From a bacterium (GTDB taxonomy: Bacteria > RBG-13-61-14 > DATKZS01), in the NCBI GenBank assembly GCA_963674965.2, contig CAXXFL010000004.1:352001-416000 (forward strand): a stretch of DNA of 64,000 nucleotides. Direction: 5' to 3'. The notes under the pieces are model-generated. The model had not been told where the DNA came from. It did not search any database and worked only from the letters and a program-made list of their open reading frames with translations. Of the stretch, positions 37,031 through 45,614 are shown piece after piece. Position 1 is the first letter of the stretch. Every line of letters begins with the position of its first letter. A program made the position numbers and the translations under genes.

Positions 37031-37870
37031 ATGGATATAAACGAGCCCAGGATAGTCAGGGAAGAGATACTTCTTCTTGACGACGCGAATTTCAACGGCG
37101 ACAACGTGGCCCTGGTAACGGGGATCGGGGGTGGGATCGGCAAAGCGGCTGCCCTGGCCTGCGCGGCCAACGGCCTCACCGTGGCGGGGCTGGACGTCAA
37201 CGAGGAGACGGCCAATAAGACGGCGGCCGAGGCCGAGGCCCTTGGCGGCAAGGTGGTGGCGATCAAGGCCGACCTGACCAGTGACGAGGATATCGAGTCG
37301 GCCGTCTCGAGGGCCGCCGGGCTGGGCCACGTGAAGTTTTTGGCCAACGTGGCGGGCATACAGCATATAGACCCGATCGAGGACTTTCCCATGGACAAGT
37401 ACGACCTCATGCAGAGGATCATGCTGCGGGCGCCCTTTTATCTTTCCAAGCTGGCCATTCCCCTCATCCGTAAAAGCCCGGGGGGCGACGGGGCCATCGG
37501 CAACATGGCCAGCGTCCACGCCCATATCTGCACCGTGAACAAGCCCGTTTACAACATTACCAAGTTCGGCCTGCGGGCCCTGACCCAGTCCATCGCCGCC
37601 GAGGGGGAGGGAAAGATCAGGTCCTTCAGCGTGAGCACCGGGTTTGTAAAGACGGGACTGGCACTCGGCCAGATACCGGCCCAGGCGAAACAGCGGGGAA
37701 TCACGGAGGAGGAAGTGGTGCGCGACGTGATGATGGGCAAGTCGCGGACCAAGGAGATGACGTCGCCCATCGAGGTGGGCAACCTCTTCGTCCTGGGCTT
37801 CTCCCGCTTCTCGAGATGCCTGATCGGGGGAGACCTCCTTTTTGACGGCGGCATGGTCCTCACCTATTGA
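37031..37870 (+). CDS. SDR oxidoreductase, 3-hydroxybutyrate dehydrogenase-like
   Basis: TGIGGGIG, AGIQHIDPIEDFP, ASVH, YNITK. Confidence 0.85.
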   Translation: MDINEPRIVREEILLLDDANFNGDNVALVTGIGGGIGKAAALACAANGLTVAGLDVNEETANKTAAEAEALGGKVVAIKADLTSDEDIESAVSRAAGLGHVKFLANVAGIQHIDPIEDFPMDKYDLMQRIMLRAPFYLSKLAIPLIRKSPGGDGAIGNMASVHAHICTVNKPVYNITKFGLRALTQSIAAEGEGKIRSFSVSTGFVKTGLALGQIPAQAKQRGITEEEVVRDVMMGKSRTKEMTSPIEVGNLFVLGFSRFSRCLIGGDLLFDGGMVLTY

Positions 37871-37890
37871 CCTTTCCATCGAGAGTGAAA

Positions 37891-38700
37891 ATGGAAACCA
37901 CCCCCAACGACGTTATAGCCGAGAGCTGGCCCGACCTTTGCGACAAGCTTTACGCCGAGGCCTGGCGAGAGGACATCGACCGGTGGCGCTCGCCCTACGT
38001 GTTCCGCGGGCTGTCCTGCTCGGATTATGAACTTATACACAGCCTGATGAGACTGGGCGGCGACTACGCCGATATGGAGTGCCACCTCCTGGGAAGTTTC
38101 AAGAAATACGCCGAGATCAACGGCGGCAGCGGCGAAATGTCCGACTGGAAATGGATCACCCTCGCCCAGCACCACGGACTGCCCTCCCGGCTCATCGACT
38201 TCACCCACTCGCCCTTCGTGGCCCTCCACTTCGCCACGGCCAACATGAGGCATTACGACCGCGACGGCGTGATCTGGTGCGTGGACTCGAAGAAGGCCCA
38301 CCAGCTTCTTCCCGGCGCGGGCTGGGAGAGCCTGCGCCTCGAGCGCGTCTTCTCGATCGGCAAGCTCGAGACCACGGCTCGGGACCTTATCGAGTTCGAC
38401 CGCGTCAGCGAGGAGGTGGTGACGGTGTTCTTCGAGCCGCCCTCCATGGATGCCCGCATCGTCAACCAGTTCGGGCTGTTTTCCGTCATGTCCAGCCCCA
38501 CCTCGAGGCTCGACCACTGGCTCGTGAACCACCCCTACCTGTACAAGCGGGTGATCGTTCCCAGGGAACTGAAATGGGAGGTCCGCTGCAAACTGGACGA
38601 CGCCAACATTACCGAGCGCATGCTCTTTCCGGGCCTGGACGGGTTGGCCTCCATGCTCGCGAGATACTACGGCCCCCGGCCGGACGCCCGCAAGAAATGA
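37891..38700 (+). CDS. FRG-domain protein
   Basis: VFRG, LAQHHGLPSRLIDFT.SP.VALHFA, RIVNQ.GLF, LFPGLDG. Confidence 0.92.
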   Translation: METTPNDVIAESWPDLCDKLYAEAWREDIDRWRSPYVFRGLSCSDYELIHSLMRLGGDYADMECHLLGSFKKYAEINGGSGEMSDWKWITLAQHHGLPSRLIDFTHSPFVALHFATANMRHYDRDGVIWCVDSKKAHQLLPGAGWESLRLERVFSIGKLETTARDLIEFDRVSEEVVTVFFEPPSMDARIVNQFGLFSVMSSPTSRLDHWLVNHPYLYKRVIVPRELKWEVRCKLDDANITERMLFPGLDGLASMLARYYGPRPDARKK

Positions 38701-40748
38701 CCCGCGCCGAGCGTCTCGACCTACCTTTGCCGGCCCGCGCCCGGTTCGCCATAATCCTTTTCGCGATTTTTCTCGCCGCGTCCTGCGACGAGCCTTTCAA
38801 GGGAAACGCCGTCCTCTCTCCCCTGCCCCCCGACGCGGCCGGCCTGGTTGAAGACGGCCGGGCCGGGCCGCCGCCCGCTCGCGATATCGAGGAGTACTTC
38901 AAGTCCTTCCGGATCATGCACCCGAGCTTTTCCGGGAAGGGCGGCCGGGTCCTTTACTCGAGCAATGAGACGGGCGTCTATAACGTTTTCGCCGAGAGCG
39001 TGAACGGCGGAAACAGGGTCCAGCTCACCCGCTCGGAGGACGATCCCCGCTTCGCCGTCGCCTTCTTCCCGGAGGACGGCCGGGTGCTTTTCCGCGGGGA
39101 CAAGGGCGGGGACCAGATGGACCGCCTGTACGTGATCGAGAAGAACGGCGGGGTGATTGACCTGAGCGGCGGCCGCGAGGTATATCAGAAATTCAAGGGC
39201 TGGAGCGGGGACGGAAAGAGCATGTACGTGGCGGACAACTCGAGGGACCCCGAGGTCTTCGATCTTTATCAATGGGACCTCGAGTCCTTGAATCCAAAGA
39301 TGGTATTTAAAAACGACGACTCCCGACCTTACGGCCTTGGCCCGGTATCCGGCGACGACGGGACCCTGGTCCTGTCAAGGGCGGAGGATGAAAACTACGG
39401 TCTTATCCAGTTTTACGACCTCGAGTCGGGCAAGATCACCCGGGCCCGGGCCAGGATGCAAGGCCCGGACAAGGAAGGAAAGAAAAGGAGCCGAGCGAGC
39501 TTTAGAAAAAAGCCCGTTAACGGCACGCCCAAGTGCTTCTCGCCCGACGGCCGATACCTCTTCTATCTGGACGGCCAGGGACGAGAGTTCAGGTACCTGA
39601 TGCGCCTGGACCTTAAAAGGGGAATCAGCGAGCTGGCCTACGCCTTCCCCTGGGACATAGTGGACGCCGAGGTCGCCCGCGGCCGGGACCTCCTTGTCCT
39701 GACGGTCAACTGGAACGGCGTCTCCCGGTTCGCGCTGGTGAAAGCCTCGACCGGAGAAGCCGCGGACCTGCCGGGTCTTCCCGAGCTCGCGGCGCGCTCG
39801 GTCTCGGTCAGTCCCGACGGCGAGCGCCTGGTTTTCCTGGCCGGCGGCGACGCGGTCTCGGACCGCTTGTACGAATATGAAATAAAGGCCCGGCGCCTCA
39901 GCGTGATACGCGACCCCAACAACGTCTCACTGCCGGAGGTGGACCTGGTGCGGTCGCGTCCGATACGGTTCGAGGCCCGCGACGGCGTGAGCATACCCGC
40001 CTACCTTTACCGACCCAAGGGGGCCGGCCCGAGCGGGAAGGCCCCGGCCATGATCTGGGTCCACGGGGGACCGGGCTTCCAATACAAGCCCGAGTACTCT
40101 CCAGAGTTTCAATTCCTTCTTGGCCGCGGCTACGCCATACTGGCGCTTAACAACAGGGGCTCGATCGGGTACGGCGCGAGCTTCTTCGCCTCCGACTATA
40201 AAAAGCACGGTCGGGAGCCGCTGTGGGATTGTCTTGACGCAAGAGACCACCTTGCCTCCCTGGATTGGATCGACGAAAAAAGAATCGGCGTCATGGGCAG
40301 AAGCTATGGCGGCTTCATGACGCTCATGGCCCTGGCCGAGGCCCCGGAGAAGTTCGCGGCGGGCGTGGATTTTTACGGCGTGACCGACTGGGTCCATTGT
40401 CTTTCGAACATGCCGGGCCATTGGAAGAACGCCGAGGGGCTCCTGTTCGCCAAGATCGGCCATCCCGAGGCCGACGCCGAGTATCTGTCCCGGATATCTC
40501 CGGTGAACCATCTGGACGATATCAAGGGACCTCTCCTGGTGGTGCATGGGTTCGGGGACGTGAGGGTGGATAAGAAGGAAAGCGACGAGCTGGTGAAGTC
40601 CCTTTTGGCAAGGGGCGTCAAGGTCGAGTATCTCGAGTATGAGGGGGAGGGACATCGGCTTAACCGGGTAAAGAACAGGATCGACTGCTGGTCCCGCGTG
40701 GCGGATTTCCTGGACGAAAACATGGGAGTCGATCCGGGGCCCGAATGA
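38697..40748 (+). CDS. S9 family (prolyl oligo/acylaminoacyl) peptidase, probable lipoprotein
   Basis: LAASC lipobox, beta-propeller, VHGGP, GRSYGG, DVRV, EGH; ATGA overlap with FRG. Confidence 0.9.
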   Translation: MTRAERLDLPLPARARFAIILFAIFLAASCDEPFKGNAVLSPLPPDAAGLVEDGRAGPPPARDIEEYFKSFRIMHPSFSGKGGRVLYSSNETGVYNVFAESVNGGNRVQLTRSEDDPRFAVAFFPEDGRVLFRGDKGGDQMDRLYVIEKNGGVIDLSGGREVYQKFKGWSGDGKSMYVADNSRDPEVFDLYQWDLESLNPKMVFKNDDSRPYGLGPVSGDDGTLVLSRAEDENYGLIQFYDLESGKITRARARMQGPDKEGKKRSRASFRKKPVNGTPKCFSPDGRYLFYLDGQGREFRYLMRLDLKRGISELAYAFPWDIVDAEVARGRDLLVLTVNWNGVSRFALVKASTGEAADLPGLPELAARSVSVSPDGERLVFLAGGDAVSDRLYEYEIKARRLSVIRDPNNVSLPEVDLVRSRPIRFEARDGVSIPAYLYRPKGAGPSGKAPAMIWVHGGPGFQYKPEYSPEFQFLLGRGYAILALNNRGSIGYGASFFASDYKKHGREPLWDCLDARDHLASLDWIDEKRIGVMGRSYGGFMTLMALAEAPEKFAAGVDFYGVTDWVHCLSNMPGHWKNAEGLLFAKIGHPEADAEYLSRISPVNHLDDIKGPLLVVHGFGDVRVDKKESDELVKSLLARGVKVEYLEYEGEGHRLNRVKNRIDCWSRVADFLDENMGVDPGPE

Positions 40749-40876
40749 CGGCCCGGGCTTTTTGCCCGTTTCATTATTCTTGGATATAATCTTGACCCAG
40801 GAAAGCGGCCCCGCCCCCGGGGACAATCACGAGGCAATTCCAAATTGCCCGGCACTTGCACGTTGAGGGAGAGGTT

Positions 40877-42814
40877 ATGGTGACCGAAAGGCGACCTGAG
40901 AAGAGCTTGGCGCGGTTGTTGATATCCCCGGGTCCGATCAGGCAGTTGGTAGGAAGGGCCATCGCCCTGACCTCTATTTTAGGCAACATTCAGATCGTCT
41001 TTATCGTGTATCTTGTTCACCGCTTCGTGCCGATTCTGGACTCGGATTTTTTTCCCATGGTGAAATGGGCTTTCCCCTACGTTTCGGTCCTTTTCCTGGT
41101 TTTTTTCCTGTGGCTTTTTTATTACTCCCGTCCGCTCATATCTTTCCTCTTGAGCGTCGAGAACGGCAAGGAGCAGACGGAGGAGCGAGTAAGGTTCATC
41201 CAGGAGAGGTGTCTCAGGCTTCCCTACGTGACGGCCATCGTGGCGCCTCCCTTTTACGTTATCGGCGGCTTGCTCACGGGTTACGTGGTCTATGCCACCA
41301 AGGACTGCTTCTTCGACGTAATTTATTACGCCATGATAGCGGGAGGGCTGAGTTCCTTCCTGATCACCCCCGTTCTGGTCCTTTGTTTCCACTGGTTCGC
41401 CGAGCCGGTCGTGGCCCTGGCCTCCGAGTCGGTCCCCGGTCTCGAGCCCGCCCGGCACGCCGGTTTCAAGAGCATGACCATACGGCGCAAGCTCATCGTG
41501 GCCATGTTCACCCTGGTGGTGGCGACAACCGGCTACGTGGTGCTTATTGGCTACGGCCAGTCGGATATCATGCTCGACAACATGCGTCTTATCGAGGCCA
41601 ACTTGCCGCCGTCCGTAAAAGCGGATATGGCGGCCAAGGGCGTCAGCTTCGCCGGCGACTTCGAGGCCAGGTGGGGCAACCTTGCCGCGGTGTACGCCAC
41701 GCTTATGATCATCGCCTGCATGGAGGCCCTGATCGTGGCGGCCCTGGCCTCGCGCGAGGTGGTGGGCCCGATAAAGCTCCTGGCGGGAGCGGCGGACAAG
41801 ATCAGGAAAGGCGGCTACGACGATCCCGTAAGGTTGGTTAACGACGACGAGTCCACCATACTGGCGGCGGCCGTCAACCGGATGATGGCCACCATCCTCG
41901 GGCACGTGCGGGACATGGAGGCCGTGATCGAGGAACTCCGCCATGGAATCGCCCGCATGGACGAGACGGCGGGAGAACTGAAAGAGGTCAGTCTCGAGCA
42001 GAGCAGCGGGGCAACCCAACAGGCCGGCGCCATCCAGGAGGCGTCCTCCATAGCCGAGGAAATCGTGGCCACGGCCAGGCAGATAGCCGAGAGGGCCAGG
42101 TCAGTGGACGACGTGGCCTCGAACACGCTCGAGTCGGTCAGGTCGGGAGAGTCCAAGCTGGCCGACGCCCTCGAGGCCTTCAAGCGAGTGGCCGAGCAGT
42201 CGGAGCTGACGGGCGGGGCCATGCGCCGCCTCGAGGACAGGTTCCAGGAGACCTACCGGATCGTGGAGATGATCAAGGACGTGGCCGACCGCACCGAGCT
42301 GCTCTCCCTTAACGCCTCCCTCGAGGCCGCCGGCGCGGGCGGACACGGCCGCAGGTTCGCGGTGGTGGCGGCCGAGACGAGGCGGCTGGCCATCAAGTCG
42401 GAGGAGGCCACCGAGGAGATAATGTCCCTGGTAAGGATCATCGAGGACGCCACCCTCGAGAGCACCCGGCTGGCCGAGGAAGGCAAAGTAAGGGTGACGG
42501 AGGGAGGCATGGCCATACACGAGGTGGTCGAGGCGCTTAACACCATCTCCCGTTTCGCCGAGTCGACCTCGAGCTCGGTCAACGAGATCACCCTGACCAC
42601 CAGCCACCAGACCACCGCCTCCGAGCAGCTCGCGGCCTCCGTCTCCGAGGTCCACGAGGTGGCCATCCAGATCGAGGAGGGCGCCAAAAGGGTTGAGAAC
42701 CAGATCGCCAACCTAAGGGACTTCGCCGAGGCCTTGAGAAAAACGGTGGAAGGAAAGGGAAACGGGGCAGCGCCGGGGTCCACCTCCCACCAGGCCCGGG
42801 AAACCGAGCATTGA
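40877..42814 (+). CDS. Methyl-accepting chemotaxis protein with a multi-TM sensor and HAMP domain
   Basis: LLSLNASLEAAGAGGHGRRFAVVAAETRRLA hairpin; several N-terminal TMs. Confidence 0.92.
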   Translation: MVTERRPEKSLARLLISPGPIRQLVGRAIALTSILGNIQIVFIVYLVHRFVPILDSDFFPMVKWAFPYVSVLFLVFFLWLFYYSRPLISFLLSVENGKEQTEERVRFIQERCLRLPYVTAIVAPPFYVIGGLLTGYVVYATKDCFFDVIYYAMIAGGLSSFLITPVLVLCFHWFAEPVVALASESVPGLEPARHAGFKSMTIRRKLIVAMFTLVVATTGYVVLIGYGQSDIMLDNMRLIEANLPPSVKADMAAKGVSFAGDFEARWGNLAAVYATLMIIACMEALIVAALASREVVGPIKLLAGAADKIRKGGYDDPVRLVNDDESTILAAAVNRMMATILGHVRDMEAVIEELRHGIARMDETAGELKEVSLEQSSGATQQAGAIQEASSIAEEIVATARQIAERARSVDDVASNTLESVRSGESKLADALEAFKRVAEQSELTGGAMRRLEDRFQETYRIVEMIKDVADRTELLSLNASLEAAGAGGHGRRFAVVAAETRRLAIKSEEATEEIMSLVRIIEDATLESTRLAEEGKVRVTEGGMAIHEVVEALNTISRFAESTSSSVNEITLTTSHQTTASEQLAASVSEVHEVAIQIEEGAKRVENQIANLRDFAEALRKTVEGKGNGAAPGSTSHQARETEH

Positions 42815-42908
42815 CGGTCTCGCGCCCGCGGCGTTGCCCGCCGGCTTATGATCTGATATCTTCCCCAAAAGCATTCCGGCCGATCGCGGCCCATGGTCCC
42901 TGGAGGGT

Positions 42909-43958
42909 TTGGTTTTGATTATTTTCCTGTTAAAGGCCTTTCGAGTCATCGAGAGGAGCGGATGGAAGGTCAGCCTTTGGGCCCTGTTCATCCTCTTCAT
43001 CGCCGGCTATTTCGCCATGAACCTGTTCGAGCCGGCGGGTGGAGACATAGCGCGCCTCGACGTCTACTGGTGGTGGTTCATGGTCACCACCACCACCGTG
43101 GGCTACGGGGATTTCTATCCCTCGTCCACCGGCGGAAGGGTCGCGGCCTCCATAATTATGCTCGGAGGCATCGGGGCCATAGGCATAGTGATCACGCAGA
43201 TAACGGCCATGGGCATGAAGATAAGGAGCATGATGATGGAGGGGACCGGTACCTATAACATGGAGGGACACCTTGTCATACTCGGATACCACCAGGGCAG
43301 GACCGAGAAAATAATCGAGGAAATTCTGGCCGACGAGGCGCAAACCAACGACGTCATCCTTTGCTACGATCCCGAGCAGGCCGACGAGACGCCCATGCAC
43401 GACCTGGTCAAGGGCGTCAAGGGAAGACTGACCTCGCGGGACGTGATGGAAAGGTCGGCCATCGCCCGGGCCGGAAGGATCGTGGCCGACGGAAGGGACG
43501 ATAACGAGACCCTGGTCATGGCCCTGGCCGCCTGCAAGGAAAACAAGACCGGCCATGTCGTGGCCGCCGTGGACGACGTCGAGCAGAGCCAGGAACACCT
43601 CTCGAGGCTCGACAGATGGATCGAGTGCGTGCCCGCCGACCTGGTCACCATGGTGGTCCAGGCCGTCCAGGACCCGGGCATCACCCGCGTTTACAACCGT
43701 TTCCTCTCCAACCTGGAGGGACACTCGGGCTTCAGGATGGACCTGGCGGGGGACGCGGGCAAACACAAGTACGGGGACCTTTTGGTCCACTTCAAAAAGC
43801 AGCACGACGCAACCCTGCTGGGGATCGCGCTCTCCCACGCCTACGACGCCGAACTGATCGAGAACCCGCCCTGGGACCGGGAGGTGGAGGGAGGCATGTC
43901 CCTTTATTACATCGCCGCCAAAAGACTCTCGAAGGTGGACCTTTCCAGGGTTAAGTAA
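42909..43958 (+). CDS. Potassium channel family protein (2TM plus RCK)
   Basis: TTTTVGYGD selectivity filter; GHLVILG RCK. Confidence 0.92.
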   Translation: MVLIIFLLKAFRVIERSGWKVSLWALFILFIAGYFAMNLFEPAGGDIARLDVYWWWFMVTTTTVGYGDFYPSSTGGRVAASIIMLGGIGAIGIVITQITAMGMKIRSMMMEGTGTYNMEGHLVILGYHQGRTEKIIEEILADEAQTNDVILCYDPEQADETPMHDLVKGVKGRLTSRDVMERSAIARAGRIVADGRDDNETLVMALAACKENKTGHVVAAVDDVEQSQEHLSRLDRWIECVPADLVTMVVQAVQDPGITRVYNRFLSNLEGHSGFRMDLAGDAGKHKYGDLLVHFKKQHDATLLGIALSHAYDAELIENPPWDREVEGGMSLYYIAAKRLSKVDLSRVK

Positions 43959-44006
43959 AGAGATGGCAAAAACAAAGAGCTGCCGGACGCGAACGGAGAA
44001 GACAAG

Positions 44007-44975
44007 ATGAATGAACTGATAAAAGTAAGGCGGGAGGGGGAGGTCGAGATAATCGAGTTCTGTAACCCGCCCATGAACTTCATTTCCAACCGGATGCTGA
44101 AGGAGTTTCACGCGGAGCTTTGGCGGGTCCGCAAAGACCCGGCCGTCAGGGTCCTGGTCCTTACGGGCGGGATGAAGGACTCCTTTATTACTCATTACGA
44201 CGTGGCCGAGCTCCTGAGGTTCGCGAGGCTGGGAGACCGGACCCGGGGCAGCTTCACGGCGGCCCGCGTAATGTCCTGGTTCACGGGCAGGATGACGGCC
44301 CATCCATGGCTCGAGAATATGGTGGCCAAAGCCCTCGAGAAAAGGCCGCCCGAGGAGGCGGGGATTTTCTACTGGTCCCGCTGCCTCGAGCTTCTCGATA
44401 CCACGCCCCAGCCCGTGATCGCGGCCATCTCCGGCATGTGCCTGGGCGGAGGGGTCGAGATATCCCTCTGTTGCGACTTTCGGTTCATGGCCAGGGGCGA
44501 GAACTACCGGATCGGTCTTCCCGAGGTACTGGTGGGCATCATTCCCGGCGGGACCGGCACTCCCCTCCGGCTGCCCCGGGTGGTGGGCGAGGCCAGGGCC
44601 CTCGAGATGATCCTGACCGGGGAGCTATATACTCCCGAGGAAGCCGAGGCCATGGGCCTGATCAACAAGGCCCTTCCCGCTGAGGACCTCATGCCCCGGG
44701 CCATGGCGCTGGCGCACAAGCTCGGGAGAGGGGCCCCCGCGGCCCAGGCCATGGCCAAGGATGACATAAGGCGCGGAAGCAGGACCTCATATCCCGACTC
44801 CCGGGCCATCGACCTTTTCGCCTCCCTCCAGGCCATCTACTCGAGGGACGCCGACGCGGGCATGGAAAGGTACGTCGAGATCACCGGCAAATACGATTCC
44901 CTCCAGATCAAGAAGGTCCTCGAGGACGTGGCCGACCTGCGCGAGGGAAGGGAAGTCAAGTACAAGGGGAAATGA
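44007..44975 (+). CDS. Enoyl-CoA hydratase/isomerase family protein
   Basis: PVIAAISGMCLGGGVEISLCCDFR, IGLPEVLVGIIPGG.G..RLPR. Confidence 0.92.
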   Translation: MNELIKVRREGEVEIIEFCNPPMNFISNRMLKEFHAELWRVRKDPAVRVLVLTGGMKDSFITHYDVAELLRFARLGDRTRGSFTAARVMSWFTGRMTAHPWLENMVAKALEKRPPEEAGIFYWSRCLELLDTTPQPVIAAISGMCLGGGVEISLCCDFRFMARGENYRIGLPEVLVGIIPGGTGTPLRLPRVVGEARALEMILTGELYTPEEAEAMGLINKALPAEDLMPRAMALAHKLGRGAPAAQAMAKDDIRRGSRTSYPDSRAIDLFASLQAIYSRDADAGMERYVEITGKYDSLQIKKVLEDVADLREGREVKYKGK

Positions 44976-45112
44976 GCGGCAAAAGCCGCGCGGGCGGTCC
45001 GGCGGCGCGGGCCGGGTATAAAGAGTGGGACTCGGCGTTCGCCTGGCGCTTGGCTCGGGGCCTGGCGTCGGGGCCGATATCGGGTCCTCGCCCGGATGGA
45101 GAAAGCTAAGGA

Positions 45113-45565
45113 TTATAGATCGATCTGGACATTTCGCAGGTCCTTGCCGTCGTTTATCGTCCACTGATCGCAAGTGTAGTCCTCGTCGATATTGCCCGAA
45201 GCCCCGGCCGTGAAGGAACTCTCATCGGAATATACGTCCATGGGTGTATGCCCAATGCACCCGCGGCCGCCGGCCGTGGCTTCTATCTCCTGCCAAGCTA
45301 TGAAATAGGAATAAAAGGTCGGTCCCTCGGGGCTCCAGTTTAGATAGGTAAAGCCCCCGAACCCTCCCGCGTATTCATTGTTGTCTCCGAAGTACGCCAT
45401 TTGCAGCGCGAAAATCTGGCCCAGGTTGTGTTTGGCCTCGGCCTGCTTGGCCCGCTTAAATGCCGAAATAAAATGGGGAACGCTGATAACGGCCAGCATA
45501 CCGATAATAGCCACCAGTATCATAAGCTCGATGACGGTGAATCCTTTTATACTAATCTTGTTCAT
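45113..45565 (-). CDS. Type IV pilin (deltaproteobacterial PilA-like)
   Basis: KG/FTVIELMILVAIIG class III signal; KQAEAK.NL; GNIDED...D.W; GAGGAGG RBS. Confidence 0.9.
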   Translation of the reverse strand: MNKISIKGFTVIELMILVAIIGMLAVISVPHFISAFKRAKQAEAKHNLGQIFALQMAYFGDNNEYAGGFGGFTYLNWSPEGPTFYSYFIAWQEIEATAGGRGCIGHTPMDVYSDESSFTAGASGNIDEDYTCDQWTINDGKDLRNVQIDL

Positions 45566-45614
45566 GACTATCCTCCTCATAATGGGGCGAAGTAATCTTT
45601 CCCATGGAATCGAT

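Noticed and set aside
38079-38696. First ~206 aa of the 889 aa ORF
   Set aside because: Shadow frame overlapping the FRG gene; the peptidase plausibly starts at 38697 with a lipoprotein signal.
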